A stretch of DNA of 64,000 nt from Sphyrna mokarran (Eukaryota). Below the pieces are notes generated by a model. It saw nothing but the letters and a program-made list of their open reading frames with translations, was not told the DNA's origin and searched no databases. The stretch spans positions 118,668,001 through 118,732,000 of the forward strand of contig JAGIQG010000001.1 in assembly GCA_024679065.1 (NCBI GenBank). The letters run 5' to 3'. Numbering within the stretch: the first letter of the stretch is position 1; each line of letters starts with the position of its first letter. The position numbers were made by a program, and so were the translations under genes. Shown piece after piece: positions 38,341 to 48,779 of the stretch.

Positions 38341-39499
38341 TAACTACATTCCCTCCATCTGAAATGGAGAGATTAACTGGTAATTTAATGATTTCAATAT
38401 ATTCTCAGAACATTCGCTGCATAACAGGAGCTGTATGTTCACAGATTTTTCAGGCAGGACCATGGCAATACAGCCATATGCTCCCCCACCCCCACCCCCC
38501 ATGTAATGCCTGCCTGAATGTGTCTGCCAAGTTTGTAGATATCAGCTCGATTTCTGAAGATTTCCACACCAGCCACATGGAGGCATTTATCCCAGGACCA
38601 CGCTCCGTTCATCTCTTAACAGGTCATGCCCAACATTTCCTAAACTCTCTGTGCTGGCATGATTCACACTAAAGGAAGCAAAATCCCCTTCCCTCCACTT
38701 TCCTGAGTAAAATAATAAAGCAGCAAATCCTCACCCCAAACCAAACCAAAGCATAGTCCTTTGCAGTGCAATGCTGCTGATCAAGATTTGCACTTTACAG
38801 AACCATACTTCCCCCATGGGATCCCTCTCCCCTCTCCATCAATCCCCCCAAAACAGTGAGCACAATCTATAAGGCCTAACTGCAATTTCAGTGATAGTTA
38901 TAGCTGGATGCAAGTGGATCGATGTTTAATTCCCCTGTTCCTATGTAGTTTTCATTCCCCTTATGCCCCAGCCCTGTTTATTTTCAGGAGCAAAGCCCCC
39001 ACACCTCCATCTCCATCTCTCCGCAAAAACAATGCAATCCTCTCCTACAAAGATTGTTTTAATGAGGGCTAAGTTATACTTGTTGGCCCAATGGACTTTG
39101 AAAATTTCATCCCCCTCACCCACATTGATGCATATACAGTCGGTGCAGCCCTATTTCAGCTTTCCTCCTTTGGCACCCTCTTTCCCTAGGACCTGAAGAT
39201 CGAAGCCAATAAAATACATTAATGAATTTGTGGAATGTGCCTGTTACATTTGGGATCATGTGAGCTGTTCTGAAATAGCCAGTTCAGTCTCTCCCACACA
39301 CTTCCGCACAATATAGCTACTGAAACAATAGCAGCATTCCACAAGATTCACTTTTACTTCATTGTCTCATATACTGTGCCACACATCCTGATAAATGTTC
39401 TCATTTCAAGTGCACAATATTAAACTAAGATTCTTCTGATTTGCTTCATTCCTGCCTTTCCAGTTCAAAGGTATGTATCAGAAATACGTATGTGGACAG

Positions 39500-40410
39500 G
39501 AACATTTAGTTCAGGAATACTGTGTGCAGTTTTGATCTCCTTATTTAAGGAAGGATGTAAATGAAGGTGGTTCAGAGGAAATTTACTAGATTGATACTGC
39601 AATAAATGGGTTGTTCTATGTGGAAAGATTGGTCTTGTTTCCATTGGTGTTTCGAGTGAAGGGCAATTTGATTGAAGTATGTAAGATGAATGGCCTTGAT
39701 AAGGTGGATGTGGAAATGATATTTCCTCTTGTGGGTGAGTCAAGAACTAGGGGGCACTGTTTTAAAATTAGGGGTCACCCTTTTATGACAGACATGAGGA
39801 AAAATTGTCTGTCTGTCTGAGAGGGTTGTGCAACTTTGAAACTCTCTGCCTCAGAAGGCGGTGGAGGTGGATCATTGAATATGCTCAAGATTGAGGTAAG
39901 TAGATTGTTTTGAGCAATGGAATCAAAAATTATCGGGGGTAGATTGGAGTGAAGAATTCAAAACAGATTAATCAGCCATAGTTACAGTGGCACTGTGGTT
40001 AGCATGGCTGCCGCACAATGCCAGGGATCTTAATTAGATTCCAGCTTTGGATGCTACTGTGTGGAGTTTGCATGTTCTCGCCATAATCGTGTGGGTTTCT
40101 TCTGGATGCTCCAGTTTCCTCCCACAGTCTAAAGATGTGCAGGCTAGTTCATTGGCCAGGCTAAGTTGCCCCTTAGTGTCCAAAAATGTGTAGGTTAAGT
40201 GGAATAGCCATGGCAATGTATGGGGTTTGGGAATAAAGTAGGGAGTGGGCCTGGGTAAGCTGCTCTCTCAGAGTCAGTGCGTACTAGATGGGTCAGATAC
40301 CTCTTTCTGCAATGTAGGGATTCTGCAGATCTATGCTCTTACTGAATCGTGTAGCAGGTTTGAGGGGGCCATATGGCCTGCTTCTGCCTCTATTTGGTGT
40401 GTTCATAATG
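39500..40410 (+). mobile_element. CR1 3' fragment with an HE1 SINE (39983-40335, +) inserted in its 3' UTR
   Basis: EYCVQF.SPYLRKD; FPLVGESRTRGHCFKIRGHPF; HE1 head and V-domain inside. Confidence 0.9.
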
Positions 40411-40713
40411 ACTGCTGAGTTGGATATAAAAGGTTGGCCTCATAACCATCAGTTGCAAATACAGCTTTGACAGTGATTGCACAATACATTTTTTACTTTT
40501 TTACTTTTCAAGATGTTTCAAAGGCAGTTAAAGGGAAAAGAAATGTCCTTTCAGGTCAATAGTTACAATTAAAACTTTATTTGGGTTTTTGTAAAATGTG
40601 CCAATGTTTTGAGACGACGCAAAAGAAAATCTGCTTTCAATCTATATGGGGCATTGTGGTAGAGTCCTAAATGACTTATTTTAATTGAAGTGCTGTGAAA
40701 GAACTTTGAGGTT

Positions 40714-41500
40714 TTGATTTGATTTGATTATTGTGATATGTATTAGCATAAAGTGAAAAGTATTGTTTCTTGTGCGCTATACAGACAAAGCATGCCATTC
40801 ATAGAGAAGGAAACAAGCAAGTACAGAATGTAGTTTTACAGTTCTAGCTAGAGTGTAAAGAAAGATCAAGTTAATGCAAGGTAGGTCCATTCAAAAGTCT
40901 GACAGCAGCAAGGAATATGCTGTTCTTGTGTTGGTTGGTATGTGACCTCAGACTTTTGTATCTTTTTCCAGATGGAAGAAGGTAGAAGGGAGAATGTCCT
41001 GTCCAGGGTGCATGGGATCCTTAATTATACTGGCTGATTTGTGAATAGAACATAGAACATTACAGTACAGTACAGGCCCTTCAGCCCTCGATGTTGTGCC
41101 GACCAATGGAACCAATCTAATAACCCTCTAACATAAACTATTTCAATATTATCCATATGTCTATCCAATGACCGTTTGAATGCCCTTAAAGTTGGCGAAT
41201 CCACTGCTACTGCAGATGGGGCATTCCGTACCCTGTCAAGGCAGCGGGAAATGTAGACAGAGTGAATGGATGGGAGGCTGGTTTGTATGATGGATTGGGC
41301 TACATGTATGACCTTTTGCAGCTTTTTGCGGTCTTGGGCAGAGCAGGAGCCATACCAGAAAGATGCAACCAGAAAGAATGATATCTGTGGTGCAATTGTA
41401 AAAGTTGGTGAGATTTGTAGCTGACTTGCCAAATTTCCTTATTCTTCTAAAAAAGTAAAGGTATTGGTGGATTTTTTAACGATAGTATCGGCATGGTTTA
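40714..41500 (-). mobile_element. Rex1/Babar LINE 3' part with a nested CR1 fragment (41047-41235, -)
   Basis: (ATTTG)n tail; WYGSCSAQDRKKLQKVIHVAQSIIQTSLPSI; the CR1 insert carries a catagaacattacagtacagtacaggccc tail. Confidence 0.9.
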
Positions 41501-42299
41501 GAAATCTGTATCTGGATTTTCCCCAATATTGACAATATTGGTCTGGAAAAGCAGTGATGGAGCTGTCGACAATAATGGCAGCTTTCTCAACTGTATTGTG
41601 TGATACTTTGAAAAATAAACTTCAAGTCACAGATCCCATGCCATATTGCTGGCAGAGCAGCCTTTGATTTGCCTGTCCTGCCAACAAATGAAACACTCGA
41701 TGATCCAGGATGCCAATTTTATAGGATGTTCCAGCACACAGTGAACAAACCAATTGGTCCAAGTACCCACCTCAGCAACCCCCTGGCACTACCAAGATGG
41801 CACCATCTGGGCACTAACCATGCTTTGCCCTCAGATGAAGTGGACACTACCTGGGCATTACCAGGCAGCAAGCTGGCAATACCACATACTACCTGGATAC
41901 TGACCAGGCATTAAGCAGGTGGTGTCAGTAACAGGAATGGAACATATCATGATTGTCCCCTCCCCCCATGAGTACTGGGGTGTGTTTGCCAGTGTTTGAA
42001 TCATTACAATAAATTATGAGGTCTGCAGGCTGAAATCATCCCCAATCCATCAGAAAATCTATCCACAGCAGCATAATGGCAGAACAGCGTGAAGCAAACT
42101 GGTCTCTGAAGGCGTGCAGCTGACAAGCAGACTGTACGGGAGTTTAGATGACTGGAGCACTCAAGCTGCATGGAAATGGAGAAATGTTGCCAGTAACTAG
42201 TAAAATCAGCAAGAATGGCACAAACAAACCCATTGATTAACAGTGGTTAAAACCAAAATATGCAGTTTATGATGCACTGTGTATCTGATCATCTGATAT

Positions 42300-42640
42300 A
42301 AAGAACATAGAACAAAGAACAAAACAGCACAGGAAACAGGCCCTTCGGCCCAACGAGCCCACGCTGCCACCCTGATGTTCCCACCTCTACCCACGATCCC
42401 TGTCCATGTTTATAGATCTATGGATTAAAAACCAAATTTGAGACAATTTAGGGAGAATTTGTTTTGCCAATTAGCCTAAGAGCACATCTTTGGGATGTGG
42501 GAGGAAACCGGAGCACCCGGAGAAAACCCACGCAAGCACGGGGAGAATGTGCAAACTCCCACAGACACAGGCCCAAATCCATGTATCTGCACAGCACAGC
42601 GATAGTCACTGAGCTGTCATGTTGCCCATTAAATGGTCCA
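42300..42640 (-). mobile_element. 5'-truncated copy of the CR1/V-SINE chimeric 3' UTR
   Basis: Highly similar along its length to 51415-51750, including the non-SINE segment tatagatctatggattaaaaaccaaatttgagacaatttag. Confidence 0.9.
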
Positions 42641-42694
42641 TATATGTATCAAACTAATGTCCTGTTTTTTTGTGATTGCACAAACACTTGAAGG

Positions 42695-43020
42695 AAGGAT
42701 TTATATAGCGCTTTTTCATGGGTCTGTGTGTTCCACTACCAATAAAGTCCTTCTAAAATGTAGCCATTCTTGTAACTGCACACAGCAAGATCCCACAAAC
42801 AATCGTGAGATAAATAATCAGTTAATCTTGTAATCCTGATTGAAGGGTATGTTGGAAATGTACCAGAACTGTTCTACTGAAAGGACAGAAAGGGACCTGG
42901 TATCCCGCCTGAAAAGAGGCATCTCTGACAATGTTATACATCCTACAGCAGTAATATCTTGATATGTTTGCCAAACTGATGTGCTCAGGTTGCTGAAATG
43001 GGATGGAGAGGAAGACTTGC
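42695..43020 (-). mobile_element. DeuSINE (SacSINE1-like)
   Basis: Antisense of the tail aaaagcgctatataaat and body gtttgtgggatcttgctgtgtgca. Confidence 0.7.
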
Positions 43021-43177
43021 AGCTTATTTCCATAAGTCTCTGTGCTGCTGCAAGTAAGCCCTGCTCTTCTGACCTCCATTGTTAACCCCATTCCACTAAT
43101 TCCCGTTCCAACTACAGTTTATTCAGCTGTCCCGCCACAAATCCCTGATTTATCAAGTCATTCCTGATTCTCAGCAG

Positions 43178-43464
43178 TCAGCAGTGGCACAATGATTAAC
43201 CCTGCAGTCTCACTGTATCATGGGTCCCAGTTTGATTTCAAACTCAGGCAACTATCTGTATGGAGTTTGCATGTTCTCCCTGTGTCTGCATGAGTTTTCT
43301 CCCATACTCCAAAGATGTGTGGTTTAGGTGGATCGGTCATGTTAAAATGCCTCTTAGTGTCAGAGATTTAGCAGAGTAAATATTTTGGTGATAGGATCTG
43401 GATGGGATTGGTGTTGTTTGGGCTGAATGATCTCTTTCTGCACTTTTGGGATTCTATGATTCTA
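43178..43464 (+). mobile_element. HE1 V-SINE, CR1 tail
   Basis: Head, V-domain, gattctatgattcta tail. Confidence 0.9.
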
Positions 43465-43744
43465 ATATAATTAAAGCCTATCTCAAAGACAATGTTTTTT
43501 TGTCACCATCCTGAGTCTTCTAACAAGGCAATTTGAATTTCGAGATTTTCACTGATGTGAAGCAATTTGGCACATTTTCTTATGTTGGAGATTCTAAATA
43601 TGTTTTTTTGTGAAAAGAGCATGAAAACTGAGGAAAACCTTTTCAAAACGATGAAACAGAGGCTGCAACTTTCCAGCAGAGTGACATTATCTACACAGAA
43701 ATGCCAGATGGGAGAATCCTGGACCAAGAAAAATAACAAGCAAC

Positions 43745-44051
43745 TAAGGACAATGGTTAGCACTGTTGCCTCAACGCACCAGGGACCCAGGTTCAATTCC
43801 AGCCTTGGGTCACTGTCTGTGTGGCGTTTGCATTCTCCCTATGTCTGCATGGCTTTCTTCCAAGTGTTCCAGTTTCTTCCCACAGTCCAAAGATGTGTGG
43901 GTTAAGTTAATTGGCCATAATAAATGCACATGATTGCAGCAATAAGACAGGCAGGGATGGGCTTTGGCAAGATGCTTTTTCAGAGAGTTGGGTGCAGACA
44001 CAATAGGCCGAATGGTCTCCTTTTGCACTGTAAGGGCTTTATGGATTCTAT
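43745..44051 (+). mobile_element. HE1 V-SINE, CR1 tail
   Basis: B box ggttcaattcc, V-domain, aggccgaatggtctccttttgcactgtaagg tail. Confidence 0.9.
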
Positions 44052-44185
44052 AAACATCCATAACAGTAACAATTAGTTTACAGTAACAAATACAAGAAAT
44101 ACTGCTATGGGGAGAACTCATTTCTAAGACAACTCAGGTTATGAGGCAGAAGTGGCCAATGAGCATTTCAGGATCTCGCACCAAT

Positions 44186-44582
44186 GGGTGGCAAAGTGGC
44201 TAACACTGCTGCCTCACAGCGCCAGGGACCTTGGTTCGATCCCTGGCTTTATAGAATCATAGAATCCCTACAGTGCAGAAGGAGGCCATTCTGCCACTTT
44301 GCGAGTCTGCACTGATCACAATCCCACCCAGGCCCTATTCCCATAATCCCATAATTTGGGTCACTATCTTTGCGGAGTCTGCATGTTCTCCCCGTGTCTG
44401 TATGGGTTTCTGGGTACTCTGGCTTTCTCCCACAGTCTGAAAAACATACTGGTTAGGTGCATTGGCCATGCAAAATTCTCCCTCAGTGTACCCGAACAGG
44501 CGCCACAGTGTGGCAACTAGGGCATTTTCGCAGTAACTTTATTACAGTGTTAATGTAAGCCTAATTGCGACACTAATAAATT
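44186..44582 (+). mobile_element. HE1-type V-SINE with Rex1-like tail, containing an antisense CR1-type HE1 tail (44250-44355)
   Basis: Host splits at ccctggctt|tgggtcact; the insert begins atagaatcatagaatccctacagtgcagaagg. Confidence 0.9.
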
Positions 44583-45819
44583 TCTTTAAAAATCTTCCAA
44601 ATTATTTGGAATTATTCATCATACAAATTAACCTGCTGCAGTTTAAATTAAGCTGTTCAGATCTGTTGGCTTTTGGTAAAGATTTTATAGTTAAATATAT
44701 ATTAATTATTGTACTCTGCTCCTAAACAAAACCAATCCAATTTATTTCCTATTGGAAATACTTCAAGCAATTCTGGATGAAAACATTCCAGTGCCTAGGA
44801 CCCTTTCAATCTGTTTCAGATCTCAAGCAGAGCACAGATCTTCAAAAAGAAACAGAGAATGCTGTAATACACAACTGGTTAATCAACATCTGTGGCATGG
44901 AAAGGCAAGTTACTGTTTCTGGTCCGAACCTTCAGAATCACAGATCTTACTTGCTGAGTGTGTTGCCAATAGCAGGACCAATATGGCACTAAAATATTGC
45001 AGCAAATGTTTCTGGGAAGTCGCTACTTGTTCTACCATTTCCCAGTGTGCCTCCTCTCACTGCCAGCTACAACCTGTCTCACTGAACCACACAAGCTGTG
45101 CATGGATAAGCATCATGAGGTGAATCCTGTTATTCCCTTAGTTGGAACAAAGTCCTAAGTGAATAAATATAATATTGCAAATTATGTCAAAATACTAACA
45201 GTGAGTCAATTTCCAAATCATTTCCAATCTTCGCCTTACAGATTGTGTTCAATACATTCAGTTCTTCCATCAGCAAAAGGCAACTGCAAATTTGCTTCAC
45301 AAACACCATTCCCATTAACACCTCGCTTAACACCCCTCTCTGTCTAGAGAGATAATGGCACTTATTTCACAGTCCACAAACTTCTAAATTAGCTGGAATT
45401 AGTCATCACATAAGTTAAACTGCTGCAGTCTAAATTAAGTTGTTCTGATCTGTTGCTTTTGGTAAAGATTGTCACAGTTTAATATATATTAATTATTGTA
45501 CTTTGCAGCCAAACAAACAAATTCAGTTAATTTCCCACTGGAAATTTTTATAGATGGTCCTGATATTAGTCTCTAAGACTTAAATTTCAAGTAGTGTTTG
45601 CTAGCAACACTACATTATCAACACCACAAATGCACAGCTGTGTGCCGATCACAGGTAGTGTTAAGTCGAAAGCAAAGGAAATACTGGAATCTGAAACAAA
45701 AACAGAAAAAGCTGGCGAAACTTAGCAGGTCTGAGAGCATCTGTGGAGAGAGAATAGAGCCAATGTTTCGAGTCAGAGCCCCATATGAATATGGTAGCCA
45801 TGTGCAGTAGAGTGCATGT

Positions 45820-46096
45820 GCATCATGGTAGCACAGCAGTTAGCACTGCTGCCTCACTATGCGAGATATTCAGGTTCGATCCCTGGCTTGGTTCATTTTC
45901 TGTTCTCTCCATGTCTGCATGGGTTCTCTCCAGGTGCTCCAGTTTCCTCCAACAGTTTGAACAATGTGCTGGTCATGTGCAAGGCCATGTTAAATTCTCC
46001 CTCAGTTTACTCAAAAAAGTTGGTGACCAGGGGACTTTCACAGTAACTTCATTGCAAGTTAATGTAAGCCCACTTGTGACACTAATAAATAAATTT
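45820..46096 (+). mobile_element. HE1-type V-SINE with Rex1-like tail
   Basis: Tail ttttcacagtaacttcattgcaagttaatgtaagcccacttgtgacactaataaataaa. Confidence 0.9.
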
Positions 46097-46303
46097 TAAA
46101 TGTATTATCCCTTGCAGCAGGAGGAGAGAATGCTATGATTTTCTATCCAGGACTGGGATATTTTTCTGCATTGTTTCTGAACTTTGACTCATCATGCCAG
46201 TAATGTAAAGCTAATAGCAAATTACTGCAGATGCTGGAACTAAAACGAAAATAGAAAAAGCTGGAACATCTCAGTAGATCTGACAGCATCTCTGGAGAGA
46301 GAA

Positions 46304-46346
46304 CAGAGGTAACATTTTGGGTCTGGATGACCCTTCATCAGCTCTG
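46304..46346 (-). ncRNA. Type I minimal hammerhead ribozyme relic (Penelope-associated repeat)
   Basis: Minus strand CAGAG-CUGAUGA-A-GGGUC-aucca-GACCC-AAAA-UGUUA-C-CUCUG: stems I and II are perfectly paired. The expected CGAAACG reads CAAAAUG, consistent with two CpG decays. Confidence 0.7.
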
Positions 46347-46400
46347 CTGGTAATGTAAATGGATTGTAGTTACGAAGAGTGTTATATCATCTCTCCTCAC

Positions 46401-46530
46401 CTTTCCCCTTCGAAGTTTCAGGCTGAAAGTTCCAGCAGTGACATCATTGGATTTTGTTCGTGTGGGGGCCAGTGCACATACAGATATCAGCGACCAGCTT
46501 GCTTGGCCGTATTGGGTTGACAGGAACACA
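46401..46530 (-). other. Candidate 130-nt internal exon, possibly coding (VFLSTQYGQASWSLISVCALAPTRTKSNDVTAGTFSLKLRRGK)
   Basis: Acceptor gtttgtgtttaaatttacAG, donor AAG|GTGAGG, one open frame ending in phase 0, 4 retained CpGs, non-repetitive context. Confidence 0.4.
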
Positions 46531-46791
46531 CTGTAAATTTAAACACAAACATTAGCAGTGCATGCCTTCAATTTACATTGAGGATATGGAAACAAGGCTT
46601 TTCAGTTGCTATTACAAAACAGTTTTATGCAATGCAACTGAAGTCACTTGCTAATTAAAGAAAATGCTTCAGCTCTTTTGTGCCCTGCACAATTCGTGAC
46701 AGCATGTGCACAATCTTTCAGACCGATCTTGTTAATTTCAGGCTGCATGAAATCGATGAATTCAGCATTGGCTTTACTATATTTTCCCAAT

Positions 46792-47300
46792 TAGAATTTT
46801 AGAATCCCTACAATTTAAGTTTATTTATTAATGTCACAAGTTGGCTTAAATTAACACTGCAATGAAATTACTGTGAAAATTGCCTAGTCACCGCACTCCA
46901 GCACCTGCTCAGGTATACTGAGGGAAAATTTAGCATGGTTTTTGGACTGTGGGAGGAAACCAGAGAACCACTCCAGTGCAGAAGGAGGTCATTCAGCCCA
47001 TCAAGTCTGCACTGACTTTCTGACAGAACATCTTACACTGACCCATCAACCACCCTATCCTTGAAACCCCAAACATTTACCACGCTAATTTCCCAACCTA
47101 CACATTTTTGGATACTAAGGGACAATTTAACACAGCCAATCCACCTAACCTGCACATCTTTGGACTGTGGGAAGAAACCAGAGCACATGGAGGAAGCCCA
47201 TGGAGCACGGGAAGAAACTCCACACAGTCATCTAAGACAGAATCGAACTCAGGTCTCTGATGCTATGAGGAAGCAGCATGAACCATTGTGACATTTTGCC
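46792..47300 (-). mobile_element. HE1 V-SINE (CR1 tail) with a Rex1-tailed V-SINE fragment (about 46813-46972) inserted in its tail
   Basis: Tail splits at agaatccctaca|...|cagtgcagaagg. Confidence 0.85.
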
Positions 47301-47499
47301 AATAAATGGGAAAATTGCACCCGTTATATCAGTTCCTCATGATTGTGTCTTTTCTGGAAGTGAAATAGATTGTTGTGGCAAATGCTTATTTTTACATTTT
47401 CCCATTTCTTTGGTCCATGGATATGGCTGAGATATTATTGGCACTAACAATGCCAGTAATCATTCTTCAAGAGTGGCTTGCCTGTGTCTAGACTTTCAT

Positions 47500-47871
47500 A
47501 ATGTGGAGATGCCGGCGTTGAACTGAAGTAAAACAAAAAGAAATCTCACAACACCAGCTTAAAGTCTAAGAAGTTTATTTGTAGTAAATGCTATATATTT
47601 TTGGAATTTGGGAGAAAATCAGAACATCCAGAATTCTTGCAAACATAGGGAGAATGTGCAAACTCCACACAGTCAGTGACCCAAACCAAGAATTGAACCC
47701 AGGTCCCCAGCACTGTGAGGTAGCAGTGCTAAACACTATGTCACCGTGTTGCTGTGGGAGTTCTGAGCTCCCATCCATCTGACGAAGGAATAGCGTATTT
47801 CAAAAGCTTGGGGCATTTGCTACAAATAAACTTGTTGGACTTTAAGCTGGTGTTGTGAGATTTCTTTCTTT
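47500..47871. mobile_element. Palindromic Penelope-derived element (inverted terminal repeats) with an HE1 fragment inside
   Basis: Arms 47538-47591 and 47813-47866 are reverse complements; flanking direct repeats tagactttcat (47489-47499) / tagacttccat (47872-47882); hammerhead-like ctgacgaaggaatagcgtatttcaaaagctt. Confidence 0.85.
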
Positions 47872-48266
47872 TAGACTTCCATCACAATTCTCTGCACTGC
47901 TATGCACCACACCTAGCAGCAGAGGTCGACTTTGCTCCCTTTTGTCTTGCACAGTCTTGGAGAACTCCACGGATCCTGTTGCAGTAATTAATCAATTTAT
48001 CAGAGGAGATTCCACAATTTAAAAAAGAACATCATTGCCATTACCTCCAAGCTTTAGTTAAGAAGATATTGTCCAATATTATAATCATTGGACATGCCTA
48101 ATTGATCACCTGGATCCAAAGAATCTTGTAGACCCTTGTAGACTTGTGTGTGTTGGGGTTGAATATTTTTATGTTCTGAGGCAATTCCATATACTCCCTC
48201 GTCATTAAGGAATTGGATGAATGCGTGGGTATTAGTAGAATATATATTAGTGGAATATATTCTGCA

Positions 48267-48636
48267 CGGCAACACAGTGGCATAATGTTTAGCACTGCTA
48301 CCTCACAATGCCAGGCACCCGGGTTCGATTTCCTCTGGTTGTTCTGGTTTCCTCCCAGTCCAAAAATATCTCAGTTAGGTGGACACTTACCTGGTGAAGG
48401 GGTAGCGCTCCAAAAGCTAGTGGGTTTTGCTACCAAATAAATCTGTTGGGCTTTAACCTGGTGTTATGAGACTCCTTAGTGGATTAGGCCATGCTAAATT
48501 GACCCTTAGTTTATCAGGGGATTAGGAGCTGTAACCTCTGTGGGGTTACAGAGATGGGGCCTGGGTTGGATAGTTGTTGATACAGGCTCGAAGGACCAAG
48601 TGGTCTCTTTTAGCGCTATAAGGATTCTGTGATTCC
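48267..48636 (+). mobile_element. HE1 V-SINE with a Penelope terminal repeat (about 48384-48478) inserted
   Basis: Insert cctggtgaaggggtagcgctccaaaagctagtg...ctttaacctggtgttatgaga, flanked by gtgga repeats. Confidence 0.85.
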
Positions 48637-48779
48637 AAGAGAACAGGGTCCTTAAAAGTATAACATTCTGGCATGAAATGTGTTAGACTAAATATTTCAA
48701 TGCCAAACTCTGGATCACCTCCTCATAAGCAGCCAGCCAAAACCACATGGCAAACATTAAACAGTTTTATTTCCTGTTG

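Noticed and set aside
37400-38700. Possible processed pseudogene or Harbinger transposase
   Set aside because: No recognisable cellular protein or DDE motif; the residual zinc-knuckle-like pattern fits a LINE ORF1 better.
47908-47930. CTCF-like agcagcagaggtcgac
   Set aside because: Mismatches at core positions; too weak without binding data.
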